From IMG/VR virus record IMGVR_UViG_3300017989_000002: a DNA stretch of 64,000 bases; one strand, written 5' to 3'. Made by a program: the position numbers and the translations under genes. Below are positions 36,049 to 46,900 of this stretch, piece after piece. The stretch's first letter is position 1. Each line of letters begins with the position of its first letter. Origin of the DNA: a virus. The notes under the pieces were generated by a model. That model was not told where the DNA came from and searched no databases. It worked only from the letters and a program-made list of their open reading frames with translations.

Positions 36049-37257
36049 CTAAGCTGGGAAGAGCTCGTCGTAGCTGTCCTGGATGTTCGTGGCTCGGGTT
36101 GTCGCCGTGTCAGCATACGCCGAAGCCTGCATCCCGAGAAGGGACCAGAAGGCCTCGAGCGGCGCCTTCATGTTCCCTGCCGTCGCGAACATCCCTATCC
36201 CGAGGACGATCCCATCGTCTCCGTAGTCCGGCGCTTCGGGGTCCGAAACGGCCTTCGCGATGGCCCCATCGAGGCCCAGCCCGTCTCCGTACTCGGTGTC
36301 GATGACGTAGACGTGGCACTGCGTGAGGAAGTTGATGAGGTCGATGAGCGCCAAGATCGCGGCCTCGATCCGCTCGACGATGTAGCGGATGTACTCGATG
36401 CGAGCGCGGATCGCGGCGAGCAGATCTCCGAGCAGGTCCATCTGCCCCAGAGCGGGACGCAGCCCGTTCAGGATGTTGCGCAGCCCGCCGAAGATGGCCT
36501 CGAGAGGAGGCACCAGCGTCTGCATCGGCACGCTGTACCAGTGGGGGTAGTTGCCCGGCAGGGGCGTGTACCCCTCGGTGTCGGTGACGTTGCCGCCCAC
36601 CTCCTCCCACTTCTCCTGCATCCGCTCGAGCACGTCACTGCGCCCCGTGGCGTCGCGCACGAAGGGGTCCACGAAGGCAGAGCCGAGGCGGGCCAGGCCC
36701 TTGTAGTCCTCGCCGTACTTCTCGATGGCCTCGGCGTCGAAGATGCTGGTGAAGTCCGAGAAGTCGCCGAAGGCACCGGCGGCTTTCGCCATCTCGCCCA
36801 CGGACTCGAAGCCCGGCAGGCCCAGCACGAAGAGCAGGCCCCACACGTTGGTGTCGTCGTCGGTGAGTGGGCGCATCGGGTCGGAGGTGTCGTGGAGGGA
36901 CGACATCACGTCCAGGCCCCATCCAGAGAGGCCAGTCCCTCTCCAGGGCCAGGTGCCCGCATCCTTGTACGTCTCGAGGTCCCACTCCTTGTCCCAGTTC
37001 ACGTTCATGTGCAGGAACGTCGAGACGTTGCACTCCATCGCCTCCTTGATGGAGGCCTCGATGGCGTTGATGGCCTCGTTGAGGGCCACAGCCGCCAGGT
37101 TCTCCGCTCCGAGCAGGAGGACCTGCGCGAGCTCGAGCGCACTGATGGCGAGGTCGGCCACCCCGAGAGCCACGTTGAGCGGCTCCGTGATGGCATCGAT
37201 GACGGCCTCGATCTGGTCCGTCTCGATGGGGTCCAACTCCAGGGAGTGCCAGGACAT
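36049..37257 (-). CDS. Acidic helical virion (baseplate-region) protein (MSWHSLEL...)
   Basis: TGATG coupling; amphipathic helices; downstream of spike gene. Confidence 0.65.
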   Translation of the reverse strand: MSWHSLELDPIETDQIEAVIDAITEPLNVALGVADLAISALELAQVLLLGAENLAAVALNEAINAIEASIKEAMECNVSTFLHMNVNWDKEWDLETYKDAGTWPWRGTGLSGWGLDVMSSLHDTSDPMRPLTDDDTNVWGLLFVLGLPGFESVGEMAKAAGAFGDFSDFTSIFDAEAIEKYGEDYKGLARLGSAFVDPFVRDATGRSDVLERMQEKWEEVGGNVTDTEGYTPLPGNYPHWYSVPMQTLVPPLEAIFGGLRNILNGLRPALGQMDLLGDLLAAIRARIEYIRYIVERIEAAILALIDLINFLTQCHVYVIDTEYGDGLGLDGAIAKAVSDPEAPDYGDDGIVLGIGMFATAGNMKAPLEAFWSLLGMQASAYADTATTRATNIQDSYDELFPA

Positions 37258-38153
37258 CAGACTCCGAACCCGAAGAAGGTCTGGCCCGCGCGTCGGGCAG
37301 CACGTGCACGGTCCGCGGCTTCGGCCAGCGCACCTACACGACGGATGGCGTCGACCTCGTCCTTGGGCAGGCCGCCCTTCTTCAGTGCCGCCGCGGGGTC
37401 CTCGGCGAAGCGGGACGCGTTCCGGACCATCCTCTCGCTCAAGGTCACGGCCTGGTTCGCGTCGCGGAAGCGGGTGCGGGCGGCGTCGTGAGCTCGGCTC
37501 ATCAGGTCCCGCCGACGAGGAACGTCGCGCTGCAGGGTTCCGGCCGCGTGGTCCAAGTCTGTGACCCGCCGGAACAGGACTCGATGCGCGAGGTCTTCCA
37601 TGTGGTCGACGTCGTCCGCCACGTGGCTCGCGGTGTTGCGCGCCGCGTGCCACGCTGCCTGGGCGCGAGCACCAGCATCGCCCATCGCGCTGGCCCCGGA
37701 GCCGTAGCCGGCCATGAGGCGGCGTAGGGCGGCGGCCTCGTCGCGCTGGCCCTGGATGCGGGAGTCGAGCTTGCCGGGCGCGGCCTTGGCGCGGTTCACG
37801 AGCGCGCTCAGCCGGTCTCGCCGCGCCTTCTGCTCCTGCAGCGGAACCGAGTCGACGAACGCCTGCGCTCGCCGCTTCACCTCGTTGTGGGTCGAGGTCT
37901 TGTAGGCCGTGGGATCTGCGAAGCGCCGAGCAGCACCGCCCCGGAGCAGTCCCGCCAGGACCGTGCTCATGGTCGCGCCGCCCAAGGCACCCACCACGGC
38001 GTTGACGCCGCGCTCGTCCGGCTCGACCTCTTCACCGTGGGCGTACCCGACGATGCCGCCGATGCCCGCCCCAGTGGCGGCCTCCGCCGCGCGGAGGAGG
38101 GCGGCCCGGGTGCGCGCGTTGCCGACCTTCTCCATCTCGACGGATACGTTCAC
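37257..38153 (-). CDS. Basic Gly-zipper protein with EMEKVG leader variant
   Basis: VSVEMEKVG; GAGIGGIVG and GALGGA segments. Confidence 0.65.
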   Translation of the reverse strand: MNVSVEMEKVGNARTRAALLRAAEAATGAGIGGIVGYAHGEEVEPDERGVNAVVGALGGATMSTVLAGLLRGGAARRFADPTAYKTSTHNEVKRRAQAFVDSVPLQEQKARRDRLSALVNRAKAAPGKLDSRIQGQRDEAAALRRLMAGYGSGASAMGDAGARAQAAWHAARNTASHVADDVDHMEDLAHRVLFRRVTDLDHAAGTLQRDVPRRRDLMSRAHDAARTRFRDANQAVTLSERMVRNASRFAEDPAAALKKGGLPKDEVDAIRRVGALAEAADRARAARRAGQTFFGFGV

Positions 38154-38818
38154 GAGAACCTCCCGGTGCCTACCGAACTCGATGGTGGCACAGGAGATGC
38201 CCCCGTGCCTGTGTAACTGACCGTGGCTGTCAGCGTCTCCAGACCAACAGCCCACGCCTCCACGAAGGCGGGGATGGTCTGGAGGACCTCGGGGTTCGCG
38301 CCCTTGGACACGTCGAAGTCCTTGCAGAAGATGGCCTTGCCCTCGAACGCCTGCTTCAGGAGAGCAGGCGTCGCCCCCTTGAAGGCGGAGACCATGCCCG
38401 AGTTGAGCGCGCCGACGACGCCGACGCCGGTCCCGACACCGGGGTTGGGGTTCATCGTCACCAGCGCCTGCTCGGCGAACCGGGTGAGCAGCTTGTCCAC
38501 GTAGATCATGAGCATGGGCGTCGTCTGCGGCCCTGCCCACTGCGTGATGCCCATGAACACCGGGATGCCGAGAGCCGAGCCCGGGATCTGCGCGGGGACC
38601 GGAGGGGCGTTCCCAGGCGAGTCCGCGGTGCCTGTCGTGTTGTCCATGATGGTGACGGTCTTGATGCCTCCGGTGAAGCCCTCGCAGAGGGCGTCCAGGT
38701 ACTCCTTCGCAGGGACCTTGGGCTGGCCGGCGACGTCGACCGTCACTGACGCCCCCTGCGGGAAGGTCAGCAGGTAGTCGGCGAACAGGACGCCGGCGAG
38801 GGATGTCGCGTCAACCAC
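38150..38818 (-). CDS. Putative baseplate-associated protein
   Basis: Directly downstream of spike; G/P/T-rich. Confidence 0.6.
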   Translation of the reverse strand: MVDATSLAGVLFADYLLTFPQGASVTVDVAGQPKVPAKEYLDALCEGFTGGIKTVTIMDNTTGTADSPGNAPPVPAQIPGSALGIPVFMGITQWAGPQTTPMLMIYVDKLLTRFAEQALVTMNPNPGVGTGVGVVGALNSGMVSAFKGATPALLKQAFEGKAIFCKDFDVSKGANPEVLQTIPAFVEAWAVGLETLTATVSYTGTGASPVPPSSSVGTGRFS

Positions 38819-38821
38819 AGG

Positions 38822-40360
38822 TCACCCCATCGAAGCGAACGACGAGGGGAGAGCGATGACGTTGGGTGCGCCGCCGGCGCCGACCGAGCCTGTGCCCTTG
38901 ATCGGGATGCCAGTCATGAAGTCGACCGGGTGGGACAGCGTGGTGACCACGGCTCCCGCTGGGCCCGCAGGTCCCTGCACCACGGTCCCGGAGTTGTCCA
39001 CGGAGATCGTACCTCCCGGCGTCGTGATGGACGCCCCCGTGCTGTTGAGCTCCACGACCACGGTCCCGGCCACGCCCTCCATCTTGATCGTGCCGTCGAG
39101 CTTCATCGTCACCTTGGAGAGGAGGGACTCCACGGTGGGTCCGACGCCGAACATGATGTCGTCCAGGGAGGCCTGCAGCAGGAGCTTGCCCTGGGCGACC
39201 TTGTGAACCGACCCGAACTCGTCGCCGTTCATGTTGGAGACGACGACGGACATGGCCCCCGCCACGATGTCCTCACTGTTCTCCCCCACCGTGCGGCTCG
39301 CACTCCCCCCGATCGTGTCCTTGAGGGAGGCGCCCGTAGAACGCACCTGGTTGCCCGCGACCTTGCGCACGGAGTCGCCGCCGACGTCGACGAGCTGCTT
39401 CTCGCCCACGGTCAGGACGTGGTTCCCTCGGGCCTGCCTCACGAGGGTTCCGGCGGACACGGTGTCGGCCTGGCCTGTCGTGACGGTGCGGGTGCGCGTC
39501 ACCTCTCGACGGACGTCGCCGAACTTGTCGATGAGCTTGCCGCGCACGGTCCTCGAGAGCTGGGACGCGAAGGACTGGACGACAGGCCCCTCGAAGGCGT
39601 GCACCGCGCCGCCGTAGACGACGGACGAGACGTTCCCGGCCCGGTCCACCCAGACCTTCGCCCCGTTGTTGATGTTCAGGACGGCGATGATCGAGTCGGT
39701 CTTGCCGAAGGGGAGCTGCTTGGCGTCCTCCTCCTGGACCCGCCCGGCTCGGACCTTGATGATGGGCTCGTCCTCGCTGAACTCCTTGAAGTCCAGCTTG
39801 AACTCGACCGGCGTGCGGTCCTCACCGTGCCGGTCGTCTTCCCGCCTCGAGGTCCAGGACATAGAGCCGGACGCCGCGGACACGAACCAGTTCTCGAAGT
39901 AGTCCCGGATGGTGTTGCGGATGGGGACGTAGAGGCGCTTGGCGAACTGGGTGGCCCCGAACTCGAGGACCCCGCTGGCCCGGAGCACGGCAAACCCTCC
40001 CTGCGCGCTCGACGCCAGCATGTGATCGCCCTCGTTGAGGACAGGACGGTTCTGACGGAAGTCGTTGGGGTCTTCCTGCGCGTCCCCCTCGTCGAGCTGC
40101 CTTGGCGGCGTCTCGCAGGCGAAGATGAAGGGTGTCCGGGCAGTAGAGGGGAACAGCAGCCAGACGACCGTCCCCTGCTCCAGCGTCAAGAACGACCCGG
40201 CACCGTCCGAATTCACGAAGGCGGGCACGTACTTGATGCCACGGTGCATGCCTCCGAACTTGTCCAGGACGTCGTAGTTGTGCGCCAGGGTGTTGACCGC
40301 CTGGACTACGCCCTTCACGACCCGGACGGGACGCAACCTGCCGTCGGTGGGGCCTCTCAT
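38822..40360 (-). CDS. Baseplate central spike (gp5/VgrG/GpV-like)
   Basis: N-terminal OB-fold pattern, ~8-residue VG/GN beta-helix repeats (VRKVAGNQVRSTGASLKDTIGG), tip motif HPVDFMTGIP. Confidence 0.7.
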   Translation of the reverse strand: MRGPTDGRLRPVRVVKGVVQAVNTLAHNYDVLDKFGGMHRGIKYVPAFVNSDGAGSFLTLEQGTVVWLLFPSTARTPFIFACETPPRQLDEGDAQEDPNDFRQNRPVLNEGDHMLASSAQGGFAVLRASGVLEFGATQFAKRLYVPIRNTIRDYFENWFVSAASGSMSWTSRREDDRHGEDRTPVEFKLDFKEFSEDEPIIKVRAGRVQEEDAKQLPFGKTDSIIAVLNINNGAKVWVDRAGNVSSVVYGGAVHAFEGPVVQSFASQLSRTVRGKLIDKFGDVRREVTRTRTVTTGQADTVSAGTLVRQARGNHVLTVGEKQLVDVGGDSVRKVAGNQVRSTGASLKDTIGGSASRTVGENSEDIVAGAMSVVVSNMNGDEFGSVHKVAQGKLLLQASLDDIMFGVGPTVESLLSKVTMKLDGTIKMEGVAGTVVVELNSTGASITTPGGTISVDNSGTVVQGPAGPAGAVVTTLSHPVDFMTGIPIKGTGSVGAGGAPNVIALPSSFASMG

Positions 40361-40965
40361 CAGCGACCCTTCTTGCGGCCGGGCCTGGTGGCGAGGGTCT
40401 TCGATGCCTCGTACGTGGCTGCATTGGTGGCTGCCTTGCCCACCGCCCCGGCGGCAGCCGCCAAGCCCGCGGCTCCGAGCGCCGCGCGACCCCTACGGGC
40501 GAGGACGCGCTTGACGCCGGGCGACGTCAGCGAGTCAGTCGCCGTCTCCGTGACCTTCTTCACCGTCGCGTCCGTGTTGGAGCTCCAGCCCTTCTCCTGC
40601 AATTCCTTCGCTGCCGCAATTCCTCCCTCGAGGGCGGAGTTGACCCCGGCCTTCCGCGCGGCGCCCTTCAGCGTGAGGTAGTCCTTGACCCCCTCCTGGA
40701 CCGCCTTCGCGGTCCCTCCCTTGCGCAGGAGAGAGATCTGCGGCGCCTTCCCTGTCACTGCACCTGTCGCAGCACCCAGGCCGGCACCGGCCGCGCCCGC
40801 CGCGCCGATGCCCTTGGAGTAGGCGAGTCCGCGATCGTCCTTCCCCGTCTTCTTGGCCCGAATCCCGTAGGAGCGGGCGTTGTCGCCCAGCTCCATGCCG
40901 ATGGCGACGGCGCACTTCTCCATCTCGTCGAGGAAGAACGGGACTGCGTCTTGCGGGATGAACAT
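40360..40965 (-). CDS. KxA-leader basic Gly-zipper protein
   Basis: FFLDEMEKCA leader; GAAGAAGAGLGAATGAVTG. Confidence 0.7.
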   Translation of the reverse strand: MFIPQDAVPFFLDEMEKCAVAIGMELGDNARSYGIRAKKTGKDDRGLAYSKGIGAAGAAGAGLGAATGAVTGKAPQISLLRKGGTAKAVQEGVKDYLTLKGAARKAGVNSALEGGIAAAKELQEKGWSSNTDATVKKVTETATDSLTSPGVKRVLARRGRAALGAAGLAAAAGAVGKAATNAATYEASKTLATRPGRKKGR

Positions 40966-40998
40966 GGGGCCCTCTCGTGCCTGTTGTAGCAGGAAGGC

Positions 40999-43900
40999 TC
41001 AGTACTGGCCGCGCCAGTCCTTGACCTTGCCCTTGGTCTTGCCGAATTCGGAGCCCACCGCCAGCCCTGGGAGGGGATGGAAGCCGTGGATGTTGGACCG
41101 CCAGCCCTCGCGGAACGCCTGGGTCAGCGAAGACCCCAGGTCCTCGAAGTTGAGGCGGGCCAGCCAATCCTCCTTGAGCTCCTTCGGCAGCAGCTTGACA
41201 CCCTTCACCTGGGGCTCGTGAGCCACCGACTTCTTCCCTGCCCGGGCGGCCTTGCGGTTCCACGCGTTGACCTTGGTCACGGGGCGGATGTCGCCGGGCA
41301 CCCAGTCCGGGTGGTCTCCAGGGTCCTCGACGCGGGTGATGTCGGTCATGGCCTTGACCACGACCTCGATGTTGCGCCGCTTCACCGGGGCTGCCTTCTT
41401 GAGCACGCCCTGGATCTGGTCGGTCACGTAGTCCTGCATCTGGTGCAGGCCCCGTAGGTTCAGCACGTCTCGCGGGTTCTGGGGCCCCGTGGAGAGCGCG
41501 GTGCCGCGGGCCACACGCTGGCCCTTCTTCACCTTCAGGTCCTGCCCAGGAGGCACCCACAGCGTGGCGTCGCCCATGTAGACGTTGTGCCCGCCTCGGT
41601 CGGCCTTCTTCACGTCCTTCACCGTCCCCGACTGTGGGGCGAGCGGCGCCGTGAACGGCAGGTTCGTGTTGAGGGTGAGCAGCTCCTCGAGGCGCTTGAA
41701 GGTGCCCATCGAGTCGGAGCCGCGGCCCTTGGCCAGCCCGCCCTGGTGGAAGACGTTGAGGGACAGCTGGGTGCTGGGCTCTCCGACAGCCTGAGAGGCG
41801 ACGACGCCGAGGTTGTCTCCGATGTCGTAGGGACGCCCGTTCTCGGACAGGCCCATGCACTTCTTGCAGATCCCGTCCTCGGACTGGCACCTCGTCGGGG
41901 AGCGGACCTCGATCGCGCCCTTCCGGCCCTTCTTCGCGGCGGCCAGGAGGTGCGGCGTCACGACGGAGCCGCGGCGGTAGGTCTTGCCTCCGACGCGGAG
42001 GGGCTTGGCCAGGTAGCGGTCCAGGGCGTCGTGGTCGTCGACCGAGAGCTTCGTCCCGTCGCCCGTGCCGCAGTCGTCCTCCGTGACGAGCTGGTCCACG
42101 GTGCTGTTGATCATGAGGCGGGTCATGTAGCCTGGCATGGCCACGCCCTGCGTCTTCTGTAGGGTGCCCTTGCGCGCGCCGGCGAGCGTGACCCAGTACG
42201 CACTAGTGTCCAGGCCCTCCGAGTACGAGCTCGGCACCAGGAAGGGCACGACCTCGTCCTTGGCGTTCTTCACGAGCCCAGGCGTCGAGATGATCTGCTT
42301 GAGCTGCTCCGGCTTGCCTCGCGAGCCCGACGTCACCATCTGGTAGATGTTGGTCGGGTCCGCCTTCAGCTTCTGGGTCGTCAAGGCGTCGATGCGGTCG
42401 GTCGCCTTGTCCAAGATCGACAGGACCTCAGCGGACTTGCGCTTCCTGCCCTGCCGCAAGAGTGCGTCGACTTCCCGGTTCGACTCCCCGATGATCCGGT
42501 CCCGCTTGGCCTTGTTCACGACCCGGAAGTCGTCCAGGCCGATGGAGAAGGCCTCCTTGTACGAGTGCTCGTTCCCGAGCATCGTCAGGGCGTTGGTGAC
42601 CTTGCCGTAGTCCTGCTCGTGCTCCCGTCCGAGGCGGGACAGGAGTCCCTTCATCCTCTTGGCGTCGAGCACCGTCATGTCCTTGACCTTCCGCTTCCCC
42701 GTCTCGCGGTACTGCGCGGGGAGGACGGACTCGACGCGAAGGCGGCCCAGCGTCGTCTCCGCGCCACCGACGCGCACGATGTCGTCGAGGTTCAGGTTGC
42801 CCGTCCGGAACGCCTTCTCGGCCTCGGCCTGCGTCTTGAAGGTCTTCGAGGTCTTCTTCCCCGGCTTCGTCATCAGGTACAGGCCGAGCAGCGCCTCGTG
42901 CCCCGGGGTGTGCATGATCGCGCCGGTCGTCGGGCTGAAGAGGTTCTTCGAGGGGAACATCTTGGTGGCTTCGCGAGCCGCCTGGTCCGAGATGGGGACG
43001 TAGACCGACATGGCATCGCCGTCGAAGTCGGCGTTGAAGCCTCCCACGGCCAGGGGGTGCATCTCCAGCGCCGAGCCCTTCACGAGCCTGGGCCGGAACG
43101 CCTGGACGTTGAACTTGTGGAGGGCGGGGTCGCGCTTGAACAGGACCGGGCGCTGGCTCATCGCTCGCTCGAGGGCGTGGCGCGACCTGTCCGACTTCTT
43201 GGCGTACTCCTCCTCGGCGTCGAGGTAGCCCATGCCCTCCCGGACGAGCTCGCGCTCGGCGAAGGGCTGGTAGAGCGTCCACGCGATCTTCTCGGGGATT
43301 CCCAGCTCGTCGAGGTCCTGGCCGGGCTCCACCGTGATGGTCGACCGAGCACTGAAGTCCTGCCGCTTGCGCAGCATGTTCTTGCGGAAGAACCCCTCCT
43401 TCGAGCGGCCCCCGTCGCTGCCGTCGCTGCGCCGCACCTTGCCGGTGATGAGGTCGATGATGCCCTTGTAGCTGTCGTCCTGGCTCGACCGCGCGCGCCG
43501 ACTGATGTTGCCGCCGACGCCAGACAAGGCCTTCACCCCGTCGTAGACGCCCTTGCGGATGGGAGCCATGGACACGTAGTCCATGTGCACGTCCTTGAGC
43601 TTCTGGAGGCCCTCGGCCGTGAACGCGACGTCCTTGTACAGGAAGTTGAGGTCGTTGGTCATGAGCCGGCCGTCGGCCTGGGGCGTGACCGGGCGGAAGC
43701 GTGGCGGGAGGACCGGCACCGACCGCATCATGTAGACCGACGGGTCGAGGCCTCCCTCGTTGAGCGCGCGCACGATCCGGTAGCGCTTGTACGCCTTGTC
43801 CCGAGTCGCACCGGGCTTGAGGGACGACAGCCGCTCCTTGAGGCGCTTCTCCTCGGCCTTCACGTCGATGCCGGAGAGCATCTCCTCGATGGCTTCACCG

Positions 43901-46900
43901 CCGCGCTTGCCGTTGACCTGCGTCTCGCCGCTCACCAACTTGTTGAACTTGGCCTGGTTGATGCCCAGGAGCTTCTTGATGGCGTCCTCGAAGACCGGGT
44001 TCGGGATGGCCTCGGGAAGCTCGAACCGCGACCAGCGGTCGCCGTCGACGCCGCCGGTGATCTCGGGGTCGAACAGGCCGCCCCGGATCGGCTCCGCCGT
44101 GGTGGAGTGGAGCACGAGGCCTGGCTGTGGAAGCGCCTTGGGAGCCAGGGCCTTCACCTGGTCCTCGGTGAAGGGCATGAGCTGGAGGCTGTTGCCGTTG
44201 CGCCGCACGTTGACTCGCACGCCGTTGAGCATGCTGAGGAACTTCTCGTACACGAAGGGCGCCTTCGGGGGAGGCAGGGGCGTTCCTTCCCGAAGGGCGT
44301 CCCACAGAGCCGTGTTCCGCTCGCCCTTGTACGCCTGCATCTCGTGCAGGTTCTCCCGCGCGCCGTGCGCCAGGAGGGCGTAGGTGCCCAGCTCGCCCAG
44401 GGACTGCCCGCCGTGGGGAGCTCCGGAGCTGGGGGCGTGGTTGATGTCGTAGGGGGAGGTGCTGCCGCCCGATGCCGTGCGGCCCGACCCAGAGCCAGAG
44501 CGCGCGCTCACCTTCTTGTCGACCTGGTGGCGCAGCTTGTAGAAGTACTGCTGGCCGACGGCGGCGCGCTGGCGGAACGGCTTCTCCGTCTCAGGGTCGA
44601 ACAGGACCTCCTTGCCGTCCTCGGAGAACCCAGCGGCGCCAAGGTCCTTGGCCACCTGCGCCGTGTAGTCCGAGATCTCGGGATCGAAGTTCTTGACCTT
44701 GTAGACCTGACCCTTCCTGGCCGCGACCTTGCCCGCCGCCGTCTCCTGGACCTGACCGAGGTTGATGCGGCCTGGGATCCCCATCGGGTTCAAGGCGATG
44801 TCGAGGACCTTCTTCTCCCCGTCCTCTTCGACGTAGGGCATCTGAGAGTCGGTCATGATGCGGGTGATGACGCCCTTGTTGCCGTGACGCCCCACGAGCT
44901 TGTCGCCGACCTTGGCGGGCTCGGCCGTGCGGACGTGCACGACGACGCGCTCGACTCCTCGCTCCTTGAGCCGCTGAATGCGGACGACCTCGCCTTCGAC
45001 GTCCTTATCCCAGGTGATGGCACCGGAGACGAAGCGACGGGAGTTCCTCCGGCCTCGCTTCGGACGACCCGGGCGCGCGTCCGTGGGGTCGTGAAGCGCC
45101 AGCAGGAGAGGGTCCCCCTTCGACACACGTGCCCCGACCTTGACCACGCCGTCGTCCTGCACGTTCTCCAGCTGCCCCTTGTTGAACAGGGCTGGGTAGG
45201 AGTTGACGAACTTGCGCCGGTCGACCTGGGAGCTCTTGCCAAGGGTCGTCTCGGGCTTGTGGACGTGCTCGGAGGTGAGCTTGCCCGCCGCCGTCTCCGA
45301 GATGACGATGCCGTCCTCGAAGTTGTAGCCCTTGAGAGGCAGGTACCCGGTGCGGAGGTTGGTGCCGAGGGCCAGGACGCCATCGCGGGTGAAGGTGGTG
45401 TCGGCTACCACGTCCCCGGCCTTCACGGCGTCTCCTGCCTTGACCTTGACCTCCGAGTCGTAGAGCGAATTCGCCTTCGACCCGAAGTTGCGGAATAGGG
45501 CGACCTTGTGGCTCTTGCCTCCCGCGTCCTTGATGACCACGGCGTCCTTCTGGACCTGGGTCACGGTGCCGGCGACCGGGCTGGTTCGAGCCACTCGCTT
45601 GCCGAGCTCCTCCTCGAAGGTCTTGCCCGAGTCCGACAGTACCTGGACCAGAGGGGCTTCCCTGTGCTTGAGCGGCACCGCCTGCTCGGCCTGGCGGGAG
45701 GCCGTCATGGTGCGGTTGCCCTGGTCCGAGGACAGGAAGGGGATGAGGTTCGACGTGATGCCGAACATCTCCCGGGGAGAGGGCATGATGTAGTCGACGC
45801 TGCGAGGAGCGACGTCGGTGATCTCGCCGTCCTTCTGGACCAGGACGCGCTTCTTGCGCGCCACCCGCTTCCGGCCCGACTCCCGGTACTCGTCCGGGAA
45901 GGCCACGGACTTGCCTTGGAGCTGGGTCGGGTCGAGCCAGACCGTCTTGCCGGTCTTCGCGTCGATGAACCGGGACTCGAGCTTCCGCCCCTTCTTGCGC
46001 GTGCCCAGGGGGATGGAGAGCGTGATGCCCAAGCGGGGGCCCTCCGGCGTGTGCACGGGGTCGAGGAACCCGAGCTGGCTCGGGTCGATCATCTTCGCCT
46101 CGTCGGAGACGACGTGCTCCGACCGGATGCCTCCGTGAGGGCCCATGAGCGTCGTGCGGCGCGAGGCCGACAGCGCCTGCAGCGGGTTGATGAGCTCGGT
46201 CTGGTTCGCCAGGGAGGTCGAGAAGAAGCTGTTGAAGGGACGCTGCAGCGCCTCGCTGGGCATCATGGCCCGCACGCCGCCCTTCTCCTTCCGGGCCATC
46301 GCCGACTTCACCCGGCGCTGGATGGCCTTCTTGCTCTTCCGGAGCTGGTCACCGAACAGCTCCGGGGCTCCCGCGATGCGCTGGAACTCCATCGCCTCCT
46401 GGTTGTCCTCCGGGTCTCCCTTCACGATGCCGACCAGCTTCTTGGCACTCTGCAGCAGGACGTCGGGCGTGACCTCCTTGGCGTCCATGCCCAACGTCCG
46501 GCGCGTCGTCTCGGGGTAGAGCTCCGTCTCGGCCAGCTTCTCCTTGAGCACGGACTCCGTCTCGTCGACCTTCACCCCGAGCCACCGCGCCAGTCGAGCA
46601 CGGGACTTCTTGGGCTGGGACGCCTTGAGGCTCGAGGACCACACGCTCTCGGGCAGCACGGCCTTGATCTTCGAGTCGTCGGTTCCTGCCATGCGGAGGA
46701 AGTCCACGAGCGGGATCTTCGACGTCCCCCGCATGACCGCCACTTCCGACGTCGCGGGGTCGTACTGGACCTTCATCCGCCGGCCCGCGAACTGGCTGCG
46801 GTTCGCGAGGTTGAAGTCGGCTACCGCATCGCCGCTCTCGCGCATGCGGTGGTAGACACCGGACTTTCGCGTGAACAGGTTGGAGATGTGGTACTCGTTG

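Noticed and set aside
42565-45498. 977-aa + strand ORF and other long antisense ORFs (12717-15092, 35437-37491, 45508-47229, 57565-59325)
   Set aside because: Shadow ORFs caused by high GC3 on the opposite coding strand; no motifs or RBS
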